A stretch of 64,000 nucleotides of DNA from an uncultured Chitinophagales bacterium (GCA_938023075.1 CALHDG010000024.1:2050-66049); one strand, 5' to 3'; positions 1-10,009 are shown, numbered from the stretch's first letter. Numbers and translations: made by a program. The notes: generated by a model from the letters alone, not told the origin.

Positions 1-1
1 C

Positions 2-190
2 TTTAACGAAGTAATAACCTTAGCCCACGACTTGTTGGATAAAAACAAATTAGCAGTTCGAAATTGCTCGCACACTTATTCAATATGTGCGTACAACGCC
101 TATTATAAGTATTATTATGGTTATTCCGATTATAATAGTTATATATCTGAATACTACACTTGTATTCAATCTTATTATAGATGCATTTAA
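2..190 (+). CDS. 3' end of a CDS cut by the window edge; Tyr/Cys-rich C-terminal peptide, product unknown
   Basis: Frame 2 is open from the window edge to TAA 188-190: FNEVITLAHDLLDKNKLAVRNCSHTYSICAYNAYYKYYYGYSDYNSYISEYYTCIQSYYRCI*. An intrinsic terminator follows 26 nt later. Not in the supplied ORF track (partial and short). Confidence 0.35.
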   Translation, partial: FNEVITLAHDLLDKNKLAVRNCSHTYSICAYNAYYKYYYGYSDYNSYISEYYTCIQSYYRCI

Positions 191-215
191 ATTAAATAAT
201 TGCAAATAATTTAAA

Positions 216-249
216 ATAGGGTATTGAAACAGAATACCCTATTTTTTTT
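216..249 (+). terminator. rho-independent terminator
   Basis: Perfect 10-bp stem atagggtatt / aataccctat (216-225 / 233-242), 7-nt loop, then a T-run (242-249). Confidence 0.6.
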
Positions 250-884
250 ACACGATGGCTTGCTTTTTAATTACTGAATTCTCGGTAGAAGCTATTTTTT
301 TAAGTTTATAATTTTCAACTATTTTTAAAGATTCAATATTCATTGTTTTACTTAAAATTTTGTTTTTGTGATGCTTTTCAAGTAGTTTAAATTGTTTATG
401 ATAAAATTTGTCATCTCAACCGAAGGGAGATATCTTACATCAATATTTACTTTTCTTTGAATTGAAAGGAAGAATTCTCTTTTCATTTGAAATGACAGAA
501 TTTTAAGTACAACTTAGAACATTACTTTACTACCGAAACTTAAGTTAATAATAAACTGCTGATTTAACGCAACAACCATTTACTCAAAAATCTAACAATC
601 AAAAAACGGAAATGTCTATATCTTATAATTTCTAATCTTCTTACCATAATTTTCAAATTTTATTTATATTAGAATAATTGTTAGTAAAAATAATTATATA
701 ATAATATATTCAGTAAACAATAATGATAAAATAAATTTACCATCTATGATAAAGAATTTTTTTTGTTTACAATTTGCATAATCTTGCAAAACCTTCAACA
801 TTTTGCTATACTTATATAATTTACCGTTCAATTTTTGGCATAATTGTGGTTCTAATAGCATTATATTAGTTTTATAAAAGATAT

Positions 885-3800
885 ATGAAGAAATTTGCTA
901 CTAACTTAAAAAATTCCCTATTGTTAGTATTTATATGTGTAAGTTTCTCCTTACACGCTACTATTGATTTGGACTTCAGCCAAAAAAGAGGCTATTATAA
1001 CAAGGCTTTTCAGTTGGTTATAGAAACAGACAACCCAAATGCTACTATTCGTTATACTACTAATCAAACTAAGCCAAGTAGAACTAATGGCAAGGTCTAC
1101 AACGGTTCAATAAATATTAACAATACCACTTTATTAAGGGTATTTGCCTATACTAATACAGATGAAAGCAATATCCGAACACATTCTTACATTTTTTTAA
1201 ACGATGTAATTAATGACGGAAATATGTATACTTATATAACCCTAAGTTCAATCTATGGTCCTCAAATGGTAGCTTCTTTAAAAGCCCTTCCAGTTATCTC
1301 TTTAGTATCAAACAATATCAATGAAACTAACCATATTGATACTGAAATTGAAACCTCTGTTGAAATGTTTTTTCCTGATAAGAGCAGAGAAGGTTTTATG
1401 ATACATAGCGGAATACAAACTTGGGGAGGTAGTCCAACCAACCCTAAAAAAAATTATCGTTTAGAATTTAAGTCTATTTATGGAGACTCGAAGTTAGAGT
1501 ATGATTTGTTTAAGCCCGATAATTATGATGATACTGATTATGCAGTTCCGCCAGTTAATGAATTTGATAAATTGTTGCTTAGAAGCGGAAGTCAAGATGG
1601 ATTAAACGCCGAGCACGGAAATGAAAATGTAGCGCAATATGTTCGAAACCGGTTTCTGTTTGATTTGCAGATGGAAATGGGCTACCCGGCTCCACATGGC
1701 AGATTTGTGCATCTATATGTAAACGGTGATTATATTGGTCAATATCATATTTTAGAAAGACCGGATGCGCATTTCTTTGCTGATTATTATGGTGGAGACG
1801 ACACCGATTATGAAGTATACAAAAGTGGAGAAATTTGGGATGGACCATATACTTACAATAATAGTTTGTGGAAAGATTTACCTAATCGCATCAATTTAAG
1901 TAGTCAATCAAATATTAATAATACTAACAGATATTTAGATTTAGATCAAACTGCTGCTTATTTAATGTTGATGTCTTATGCTTCTGGCTTCGATTGGTTT
2001 GAGGCGCACAATTGTTTGGGTGGTGGAAATATAACACCAGGTAAGGGAGGCTATAAATTTTTACTTTGGGATGTTGATTTTGCAATTGGCAATGGCGGTC
2101 AATGGGATCCGAATTTTGCGGGTAGCTTATCCTATTTTGCAGCTCCTGTAAATCAAGATGGTCCGGTGCCGGATAACTTAGTAGATGACATTGAATTTAC
2201 TTATATGATGGCTGATCATATGGAGTGCACCTGTTACAATAATGGTATTTTAACACCAACTATGGTTGTTGGTGCTTATATGCATCGAATTAACCAAGTT
2301 AAAACTTCTTTAATCGCCGAATCTGCCAGATGGGGAGACAACGATTTTTCTTATGTGAACAATAATAGAAGTAACCATGTTAAAAAAGACGAATGGGATG
2401 TTAATGATGAATTTACTGCCGAACTGAATGCAATGCGTAATACTTATTTACCAAATAGAACAGCCAGTATGATTAACTATTGGAAAGATAATGGAGTAAC
2501 CTCAGATCTAAAAGCGGTTGAATTTAATCAGTATGGTGGCTTAACTAATCAGGGTTTTCAATTGGTGCTTACTAACAATAATGCCAACAGTACCATATAT
2601 TATACTTTAGATGGAAGTGACCCAAGAACAGTTGGCGGTGGTATTTTAAATAGTGCCATTCAATACGACGAGGCAATAACATTACCTAACGGACCAGTTA
2701 CGGTTAAGGCTAGAGTAAGAGATAACTTTCATTCCAATAGCAATATCAAAAAGTGGTCGGCTATGTGCCCCCGCAAATTTTATGTTAATCAAAATTATGC
2801 CGACTTGGTTATTAATGAAATTCATTACAACCCTAAGGATAGTATTTTTTGGAATCCTGCTCTTGGAAGACAAGACTCAATTTCGGGTAGAAATTTTGAG
2901 TTTATTGAGTTAAAGAATACAGGCAATTCAACGATCAACTTAACCGATGTAAGTTTTGCAAAAGGAGTGACAGTTAAGTTTGGGAAAAATATGAGTGTGG
3001 CTAAAGATGATTTTTTTATTATAGCGGAAGACAGTTTAATGTTTAAAGAAAAATATGGATTTTACCCCGATGCAACTTATGTCGGTAAATTATCCAATAG
3101 TGGCGAAAACTTATGGTTAGTTGATCCTCTCAATAATATTATAGATAGTTTAAAGTATGATGATTTTGCACCTTGGGATACCGAACCGGATTTGGGATTG
3201 CATTCGCTCGCCTTAAGAGATGTACATTTAGATAATGCCAATGCGGGTAGTTGGGCAGCTCAAATTGTATATGTAACGCCCAATGAAGAAAACATTTTCT
3301 GCACCACAATTAATAACAATCCATTTTTAGCAAATGTTAGTTGTAATGGAAGCGATGATGGTTTTATTTCACTCTCCGTTTCAGGAGGTAAATCTCCCTA
3401 CACTTATAATTGGAACACAGGGCAAACCAGCTCAATTATTTCTAATTTGGAGGCAGGGGATTATATCGTTACGATAACCGATGCTCGGCAATGCATTAAA
3501 TTTGATACCATTAACATTACCCAACCTAGTGCACTTCAAGTAAATACTTCAAAAAACGACCAAAGCTATTATCAAACTAACAATGGTAGTGCCGGTGTTG
3601 TTGTAAGTGGAGGCACGCCAACTTATCGTTACAATTGGTCAAATGGTGCAAGCACTCCAAATATCAACAATTTGTCACCCAGCAATTATACCATAACAGT
3701 AACCGATGGCAACAGTTGCTCAACTACAAAAAGTATAAACATCAATCCGGTAAATTGCAGCAGCTTAGCTTTAAATGTTAATAAAACTAATGAAAGCTAT

Positions 3801-6800
3801 TATCAAACTAATGATGGTACAGCTACAGCCCATGTTAGTGGTGGAAATACACCATATACTTATAGCTGGAGTAATGGCGCAACTTCATCATCTATAAATA
3901 ATTTAAGTCCTGGTACTTATACTATAGATATTACAGATAATATAGGATGTCCTTCGTCTGGAACAATAAACATTGAGGCTATTAATTGTGATAATATTGG
4001 CTTTGAAGTCTTTTCAACTGATGAAACCTATTTACAAGCAAACGATGGTACGGCTGGCGCTAACATAAGTAATGCAATAACTCCAATATCTTATTCCTGG
4101 TCAAATGAAGCAATTACTTCTTCTATTGCTAACCTCGCACCGGGCATTTATACCCTCAATTTTGTTGATGCAGTAGGTTGTAAAGGTGTGGGTACGGTTT
4201 CTATCCAAGCAATAAACTGTAACAATTTTAGTGCGACAGCTACTTCAACCAATGAAACGGCTTTTCAGGCAAATGATGGTACGGCAACAGCTATTCCAAG
4301 CAATGGCACAACTCCATACAGTTATAATTGGAATAATGGTGGCAACACGGCTACTATCATTAATTTACCTGATGGTACTTTTACAGTAGATGTAACGGAT
4401 AAAGTGGGCTGTACCGCTTCGGCTTCTACCTCGGTTTTAGCTGTAGATTGCAGTTCATTGAACCTTTCAACGCAAAAAACCGATGAAACATTACATCAAG
4501 CAAATGATGGAACAGCTGATGTTACAGCAAATGGTGGAACAATGCCCTACACTTATAGTTGGTCAAACGGAGCAACCAGTGCTTCAGTAAATAACTTGAC
4601 ACCTGGAGATTATACCGTAACCGTTAAAGATGCATTAGGCTGTGCTAAAACAGAACAAATTAGTATTCTTGGTATTGATTGTAATAATTTTGATTTTGCG
4701 GTAGATAAAACAGATGAAACATTATTTCAAGCAAATGACGGTTCAGCATCCATTACCTTAAAAAATGGAACAGCGCCCTACCAATACGATTGGTCAGTTG
4801 GAGATTTTGTACCAGCAATTTATAATTTAACACCGGGCACTTATAGCGTTACAGTAAGTGATGCTTTAGCTTGTTCAGCTACAAAAACATTTGTTATTGA
4901 AGCTATTGATTGTAGTGATTTCAGCTTAGAAATTAATTCTGCTAACGAAACCTATTATCAAATCAATGATGGTGTGGCAGTTGCCAATCCAATTAATGGA
5001 AAGCCTCCATTTAATTACGATTGGTCTAATGGAGCTAAAGTAGCGGTATTAATTAACTTATCACCTGGTAATTACAGTCTTCAATTAACAGATGCTTTAG
5101 GATGTGTGGCTAACGCTTCAACCACTATTAAGGCAATTGATTGTAGCAACTTTAGTATTGTAGCAGCTTCTGCCAATCAAAGCTATTATCAAACCAATAA
5201 TGGTTTCGTTTCCGTTAACACAACAAATGGTACTTCACCATTTACGTACAATTGGTCTAATGGAGCAGTAACGCAGAATATTGATAATCTCTCACCTGGC
5301 TCATATGCCATTGAAGTAACCGATCAGGTAGGGTGTAAAGCAACAGAAATTACTACTATTGTAGCTGTTGATTGCAGTGGTTTTAACTTGGCAATTCAAG
5401 CAACAGACGAAAGTTATTACCAAAGTGATAATGGAGTTGCCATGGCAACTCCAACAAATGGACAAAGCCCTTATACCTATAGTTGGTCTAATGGAGAGAC
5501 CTCGCAAGCAATTAGTAACTTAACACCGGGTAGCTACACCGTAGATGTACTAGATAATATTGGTTGTCCATTAAGTGCATCTGCTACAATTAAAGCGATT
5601 GATTGTAGTGACTTTGCTGCGAATGTTTCTTCAACAGATGAAACCGCCTTTCAAGCCAACGATGGAACTGCAATTGCTTCTCCAATCAATGGGCAAAGTC
5701 CATATGTCTACAATTGGTCAAATGGCAAAAATACAGCGCAAATAAATTTTCTTGCTCCCAATAGCTATTCAGTAATAATTACCGATGCTGTTGGTTGTAG
5801 CTTTACTGAATCTGTTACGATTTCTGCTATTTCCTGTACCAACTTTTCTATCAATACAAGTAAAACAGATGAAACCTATTATCAGTTAAATGACGGAACA
5901 GCTGCAGTTGAACCCATAAATGGTAATGCACCTTATACTTATAATTGGTCAACTGGAGCAAGCACAGCAACAATAGATAATTTAGCTCCAGGAACTTACA
6001 GCCTTACTGTAACCGATGCCTTAAATTGTTCTAGAACAGCTTCGGTAACCATACAGGCTATTGATTGTAGTAATTACAGTTTATTACTTAGCAAAACTAA
6101 CGAAACCTATTATCAAACCAATGATGGAACGGCTTCTGTTAATGTAGTTAATGGAATTGAACCCTATACTTTTAATTGGTTTCATGGAGCAAGCACTAAT
6201 AATATAAGTGGATTATCACCAGGAATGTACACCGTACAAACAACTGATGCGTTGGGCTGTACCGCAACGGAAAGTATTACGATAGAGGCAATTGATTGTA
6301 GCAATTTTAGTGTTATTATTGATAAAGTTGATGAAACTTATTATCAAACCAATAACGGAAGTGCAACAGCAATTCCTTTAAATGGTACTTCACCATATTC
6401 TTACAATTGGTCGGATGGAACAAGCTTAACTGCTATCAATAATCTTTCGCCAGGAAGTTATAGTGTGGAGGTAATTGATGATCTCGGTTGTACAGCATCG
6501 GCTTCAACCATTATTCAGGCAATAGATTGCAGCAACTTTAGTGTTCATATAGCCATTGCCCACGAAAGCTATTATCAAACCAACAATGGAACAATAACTG
6601 CAAACTTAACGAATGGAGTTGCGCCAATTAGTTATGCATGGTCTAATGGAGCTAGTACGGCAAGAATTATTGATTTAGCCCCAGGAAGTTACAGTGTTGA
6701 TATAATTGACAAGGTGGGATGTACCATTAATGAATTAGCCATAATTAAATCGTTAGATTGCAGTGCATTTAGTTTGAGTATTGATGCTACGGATGAAACT

Positions 6801-8585
6801 TACTACCAATCTAATGATGGAACAGCCTTTGCTAATACAACAGGAGGAGAAAATCCTTATACATACAAATGGTCTACCGGGGCTACTACGCATACCCTGA
6901 TTAATTTAGCTCCAGGAAACTACTCAGTTGAGGTATTAGATAAGGTAGGTTGTCCACTAACTGCTTCAACTAATATTCAAGCTATTGATTGTAGCCAATT
7001 TGAAACCACTGTATCTTCAACAGATGAAACTGCTTTTCAAGCTAATGACGGAACCGCTTTAGTTCATGTGATAAATGGCAAAATGCCTTATACTTATAGC
7101 TGGTCGGATGGTACAAGTGTTTCTTCTGTTAATAATTTAGCTCCCGGAGATTATGAAGTAACTGTGGTTGATGCAGTTGGCTGTAATCAAACTAACACAG
7201 TCACTATTTCTGCTATTTCTTGTACTGGTTTTTCAATTGCTACCGATAAAACCCATGAAACCTATTACCAAAATGACGATGGAACGGCTACAGTTACAAC
7301 AGTTGGAGGCAATGCCCCCTTCTCTTACAGTTGGTCTAATGGTGATACAACTTCTACAGTAAATAATCTTCCACCGGGTACATATACTGTTTCAGTTACC
7401 GATGCTTTGGCATGTAACCGAACTAACAATATAACTATTGCAGCAATTGATTGTAGTAGTTTTGAATTTACAGTAAATAAAGTTGATGAAAGCTATTATG
7501 AAACCAATGATGGAATGGCTTATGTAAGTATATCGAGCGAATCAATTCCTTACACGTATAACTGGTCAACTGGAAGTACAGATTCGTTGGTAAACAACCT
7601 AAGCCCTGATAACTATACTATTGAAGTAACAGATGCCAAAGGATGTAGAGGAACAAAGGAATTTATTATTGCAGCAATTGAATGCAGTAACTTTATGGCT
7701 ACAACCAATAAAACAGATGAAACTTACTATCAAGCCAACAATGGAACGGCAATAGTTAATGCACTTAATGGAGTTACTCCTTATTCCTATAGTTGGTCGA
7801 ATGGTGCGACAACACCTTTGGTAGAGGCTTTGTCGCCAGGAAACTATTCAGTTCAAATTATAGATTCAGTAGGTTGTGTACTTACAGAAAATGTCAATAT
7901 TTTAGTATTAGATTGCAATACCTTAGAAGTTTCTGTTGAAGCACAAAATGAAAGCTGTTACTCCGATAACGATGGGTATTTAAATATTACTAATATTGAA
8001 CATGGAACCGCTCCATTTTCAATAAATTGGTCTAATGGAATTTCGGTTGCCAACAACAATAATTTACTACAAGGTGATTATACGCTAACTATTACAGACA
8101 ATAAAGGTTGCCCTTTTGAAGAGGTGTATACTGTTGGGGGTAGTGGCAAAATTTTAGGCAATCCAACCATAACCAATGCAAGTTCAAATACCATAAACGA
8201 CGGTGCAATTGACTTAAATATTACTGGAGGCAATGGACCATATTCTTTTTATTGGTCAACCGGTGCAATTACAGAAGATGTAACTAATTTATTTGCAGGC
8301 ACTTATTGGGTGAGCGTAACGGATAGTGATGGATGCAATGTACTTGAAACCGGTATTGTTTTAGCTGTTGCGGAACAAGGTTTATGCCCAACAAACTTAA
8401 TTCAAATTAATTATCCGCCTATTGCCAATGGTACTGAACAAGTTGATGATTATATAATTTCCAATGGAAGAATTGAAACGGGTAAAAACGTCACTTTCAA
8501 AGCAGGTTCTTTAATTCACTTACAAAACGGTTTTGAAGTAAAAACAGGCAGTGCATTTGAAGCAATGATTGAAGGTTGTGAATAA
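885..8585 (+). CDS. giant secreted surface protein: CotH-like domain + lamin-tail domain + 22 SprB repeats + short conserved C-terminal tail
   Basis: 2566-aa ORF with an N-terminal signal peptide. Two IRYT/IYYTLDGSDP motifs typical of chitobiase-C-like domains flank a CotH-like region. LTD signature LVINEIHYNP...FEFIELKNTG. 22 repeats carry the SprB-type pattern (SGG.PYTY.WSNGATT..I.NL.PG.Y.V.V.D..GC). Confidence 0.9.
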   Translation: MKKFATNLKNSLLLVFICVSFSLHATIDLDFSQKRGYYNKAFQLVIETDNPNATIRYTTNQTKPSRTNGKVYNGSININNTTLLRVFAYTNTDESNIRTHSYIFLNDVINDGNMYTYITLSSIYGPQMVASLKALPVISLVSNNINETNHIDTEIETSVEMFFPDKSREGFMIHSGIQTWGGSPTNPKKNYRLEFKSIYGDSKLEYDLFKPDNYDDTDYAVPPVNEFDKLLLRSGSQDGLNAEHGNENVAQYVRNRFLFDLQMEMGYPAPHGRFVHLYVNGDYIGQYHILERPDAHFFADYYGGDDTDYEVYKSGEIWDGPYTYNNSLWKDLPNRINLSSQSNINNTNRYLDLDQTAAYLMLMSYASGFDWFEAHNCLGGGNITPGKGGYKFLLWDVDFAIGNGGQWDPNFAGSLSYFAAPVNQDGPVPDNLVDDIEFTYMMADHMECTCYNNGILTPTMVVGAYMHRINQVKTSLIAESARWGDNDFSYVNNNRSNHVKKDEWDVNDEFTAELNAMRNTYLPNRTASMINYWKDNGVTSDLKAVEFNQYGGLTNQGFQLVLTNNNANSTIYYTLDGSDPRTVGGGILNSAIQYDEAITLPNGPVTVKARVRDNFHSNSNIKKWSAMCPRKFYVNQNYADLVINEIHYNPKDSIFWNPALGRQDSISGRNFEFIELKNTGNSTINLTDVSFAKGVTVKFGKNMSVAKDDFFIIAEDSLMFKEKYGFYPDATYVGKLSNSGENLWLVDPLNNIIDSLKYDDFAPWDTEPDLGLHSLALRDVHLDNANAGSWAAQIVYVTPNEENIFCTTINNNPFLANVSCNGSDDGFISLSVSGGKSPYTYNWNTGQTSSIISNLEAGDYIVTITDARQCIKFDTINITQPSALQVNTSKNDQSYYQTNNGSAGVVVSGGTPTYRYNWSNGASTPNINNLSPSNYTITVTDGNSCSTTKSININPVNCSSLALNVNKTNESYYQTNDGTATAHVSGGNTPYTYSWSNGATSSSINNLSPGTYTIDITDNIGCPSSGTINIEAINCDNIGFEVFSTDETYLQANDGTAGANISNAITPISYSWSNEAITSSIANLAPGIYTLNFVDAVGCKGVGTVSIQAINCNNFSATATSTNETAFQANDGTATAIPSNGTTPYSYNWNNGGNTATIINLPDGTFTVDVTDKVGCTASASTSVLAVDCSSLNLSTQKTDETLHQANDGTADVTANGGTMPYTYSWSNGATSASVNNLTPGDYTVTVKDALGCAKTEQISILGIDCNNFDFAVDKTDETLFQANDGSASITLKNGTAPYQYDWSVGDFVPAIYNLTPGTYSVTVSDALACSATKTFVIEAIDCSDFSLEINSANETYYQINDGVAVANPINGKPPFNYDWSNGAKVAVLINLSPGNYSLQLTDALGCVANASTTIKAIDCSNFSIVAASANQSYYQTNNGFVSVNTTNGTSPFTYNWSNGAVTQNIDNLSPGSYAIEVTDQVGCKATEITTIVAVDCSGFNLAIQATDESYYQSDNGVAMATPTNGQSPYTYSWSNGETSQAISNLTPGSYTVDVLDNIGCPLSASATIKAIDCSDFAANVSSTDETAFQANDGTAIASPINGQSPYVYNWSNGKNTAQINFLAPNSYSVIITDAVGCSFTESVTISAISCTNFSINTSKTDETYYQLNDGTAAVEPINGNAPYTYNWSTGASTATIDNLAPGTYSLTVTDALNCSRTASVTIQAIDCSNYSLLLSKTNETYYQTNDGTASVNVVNGIEPYTFNWFHGASTNNISGLSPGMYTVQTTDALGCTATESITIEAIDCSNFSVIIDKVDETYYQTNNGSATAIPLNGTSPYSYNWSDGTSLTAINNLSPGSYSVEVIDDLGCTASASTIIQAIDCSNFSVHIAIAHESYYQTNNGTITANLTNGVAPISYAWSNGASTARIIDLAPGSYSVDIIDKVGCTINELAIIKSLDCSAFSLSIDATDETYYQSNDGTAFANTTGGENPYTYKWSTGATTHTLINLAPGNYSVEVLDKVGCPLTASTNIQAIDCSQFETTVSSTDETAFQANDGTALVHVINGKMPYTYSWSDGTSVSSVNNLAPGDYEVTVVDAVGCNQTNTVTISAISCTGFSIATDKTHETYYQNDDGTATVTTVGGNAPFSYSWSNGDTTSTVNNLPPGTYTVSVTDALACNRTNNITIAAIDCSSFEFTVNKVDESYYETNDGMAYVSISSESIPYTYNWSTGSTDSLVNNLSPDNYTIEVTDAKGCRGTKEFIIAAIECSNFMATTNKTDETYYQANNGTAIVNALNGVTPYSYSWSNGATTPLVEALSPGNYSVQIIDSVGCVLTENVNILVLDCNTLEVSVEAQNESCYSDNDGYLNITNIEHGTAPFSINWSNGISVANNNNLLQGDYTLTITDNKGCPFEEVYTVGGSGKILGNPTITNASSNTINDGAIDLNITGGNGPYSFYWSTGAITEDVTNLFAGTYWVSVTDSDGCNVLETGIVLAVAEQGLCPTNLIQINYPPIANGTEQVDDYIISNGRIETGKNVTFKAGSLIHLQNGFEVKTGSAFEAMIEGCE
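3297..8350 (+). repeat. 22 tandem coding repeats (~77 aa / ~231 bp), SprB-repeat type
   Basis: I counted 22 Y/F-x-W-S/N motifs at regular spacing, each followed by NL(S/A/T)PG.Y.V and GC. The periodicity is in-frame inside the 885..8585 CDS. Confidence 0.85.
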
Positions 8586-8668
8586 AGCGTATAATTTATT
8601 CAATCAATTAACGTGTATTATTATTGGTTTTATATTTTAACCTAACGTATAAATAACTATTTTTTTTA

Positions 8669-8793
8669 GAAGCGAAACGGTGGAAACTAGATAGAAACGC
8701 GCTGCCCGCTATCTGTTCAAATGCTGCGCCAACGCACAAGGGCAAACGCTTCAAGCAGCATAACCAGTACTAATCTATCTAAGTGTCCTTCGG
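8669..8793 (+). repeat. family-A intergenic structured element, divergent copy
   Basis: Starts gaagcgaaac and has a central hairpin atgctgc...gcagcat at the same relative position as other copies. A further 3' fragment (aatcggggctagttta) lies at about 8990-9016. Confidence 0.5.
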
Positions 8794-9022
8794 CATATTG
8801 AATATCATTTATTTTACATTAAATATAATTCATTATTCGTTAATCGATATTCGTTGTTCATTAAATGGTCATCCAAAAAAATATCGAATATCGAACACCG
8901 AACACCCAATTTTGAATGACGAATTTTTCCATTCGAAAAACAACACTTAGCTGCTAAATAACCCAATGCACTTTAGTGCTGTTGGCTTGGAAATCGGGGC
9001 TAGTTTATAGGGTTTACTGTTT

Positions 9023-9155
9023 CATAGGAACGATGAGAAAATAAATTTCCCAATTATGACAAAACCATTTTTTGATAGACGAGATGAAAAACGCAGGCTT
9101 AATGGGGTTAAGGCAAGGATTTTCAAGGAAGTATATCGGAAAATGGCAAAGTCAG
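9023..9155 (+). repeat. family-C intergenic element, copy 1
   Basis: About 130 nt that align without gaps to 13988-14120 (cataggaaYgatga...aaaaacgcaggctta.tgg.g.taag...gatcggaaaat). Confidence 0.6.
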
Positions 9156-9237
9156 AGCCAGATTTAAATACGCCAGCTTCATAAACATTGTAGAAGAACC
9201 ATCTATTTTTTACAAAGCTAAGGTTTTCATTAAGATC

Positions 9238-9630
9238 GTGGTAGAACCAACGAATCAAATAGCAAAATCTGAATTGCAAAAGTTAATAGTCGATGAGCAA
9301 AAATTACTCGAAAATAATTTTGAAGAATTCTATGTTTCAGTTGTAACTTTTATGGAGTTGTATGGTTTTAAATTCAAAAACCAACAAGAAAAGGAAAGGA
9401 TTGATAAATACTTCCACTATATCAATATATTACATACCAATTCATTTATCGCCAATAAGGTTATTCAATACAGAATATCTGATACAAAGAAAATTAGACT
9501 ACCCGATGCTATTATCCTTGCCACAGCAGCGTACTTAAACGCAACCTTACTAACAGACGATTGGGATGATTTTGAAAACATAGAGAATAAAGTGACTATT
9601 ACAAAGTTAGATGGCTTGAAGGTTAAATAA
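9238..9630 (+). pseudogene. PIN-domain (VapC-like) toxin remnant lacking a proper N-terminus
   Basis: C-terminal PIN motifs (LPDAIILATAAYLNATLLTDDWDDF). The frame is open upstream to about 9112 with no ATG, and the first PIN strand reads VFIKIVVEP with no conserved Asp. The ORF-track start is a GTG. A family-C repeat abuts the 5' side. Confidence 0.5.
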
Positions 9631-9826
9631 TATAACTCCCTCGCCTCATCTTCTTTTGTAACGACGATGCTTGAGCAATTCATTTGCAATGCACTAAACA
9701 CCCAAACGTCAGAGCCGTTTTTTTCGCCTACCTTACCTGCGGGTTTGCAAATAAGGGCGATGGTTAATAATAGTTTTTCGTAACTTTACTTCAAACTAAA
9801 ATAATTTAACTTTTGAAAGATTAAGC

Positions 9827-10009
9827 ATGGCGTTGCTAAAAGAAAAAGTAATTGAAAAATTAAATGATTTAAATGAAAGTGCTTTACAGGAAGTGCTTAA
9901 CTTAATAGAGTCTCAACAAGATACGAAGCCTTACCAACTTACTGAGGAAGAAAAAACAGCTATACAAGAAGGTATTGATGATATAGAGGCTGGCAACTAC
10001 CGTAACTAG
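9827..10009 (+). CDS. small antitoxin-like protein (addiction-module component-like), orphan
   Basis: 60-aa acidic helical protein ending ...LTEEEKTAIQEGIDDIEAGNYRN, which resembles small type II antitoxins. There is no partner toxin ORF before the convergent gene at 10123. Confidence 0.35.
   Translation: MALLKEKVIEKLNDLNESALQEVLNLIESQQDTKPYQLTEEEKTAIQEGIDDIEAGNYRN

Noticed and set aside
411-520. Possible relation between the gtcatctc...gggagatatc / tcatttgaaatgac hairpin region here and the nested inverted repeats at about 25205-25345
   Set aside because: The shared sequence is only about 8 nt (gtcatctc). That is too short to claim a common repeat family without a genome-wide search.
1579-7362. 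Short ORFs 1579..1848(-), 2682..2873(-), 5301..5507(-), 7168..7362(+) inside the adhesin gene
   Set aside because: They are embedded in, or antisense to, a 2566-aa ORF with clear domain content. They have no motifs and their composition is typical of shadow ORFs.
3297-8350. Regular ~231-bp periodicity that could superficially suggest a CRISPR or satellite array
   Set aside because: The repeats are in-frame protein repeats (SprB type) inside one long ORF. The units are far longer than CRISPR repeats, are diverged at DNA level, and have no unique spacers.
9022-9279. 85-aa minus-strand ORF
   Set aside because: It lies entirely over the family-C repeat and the PIN 5' region, has no motifs, and shows repeat-derived composition.
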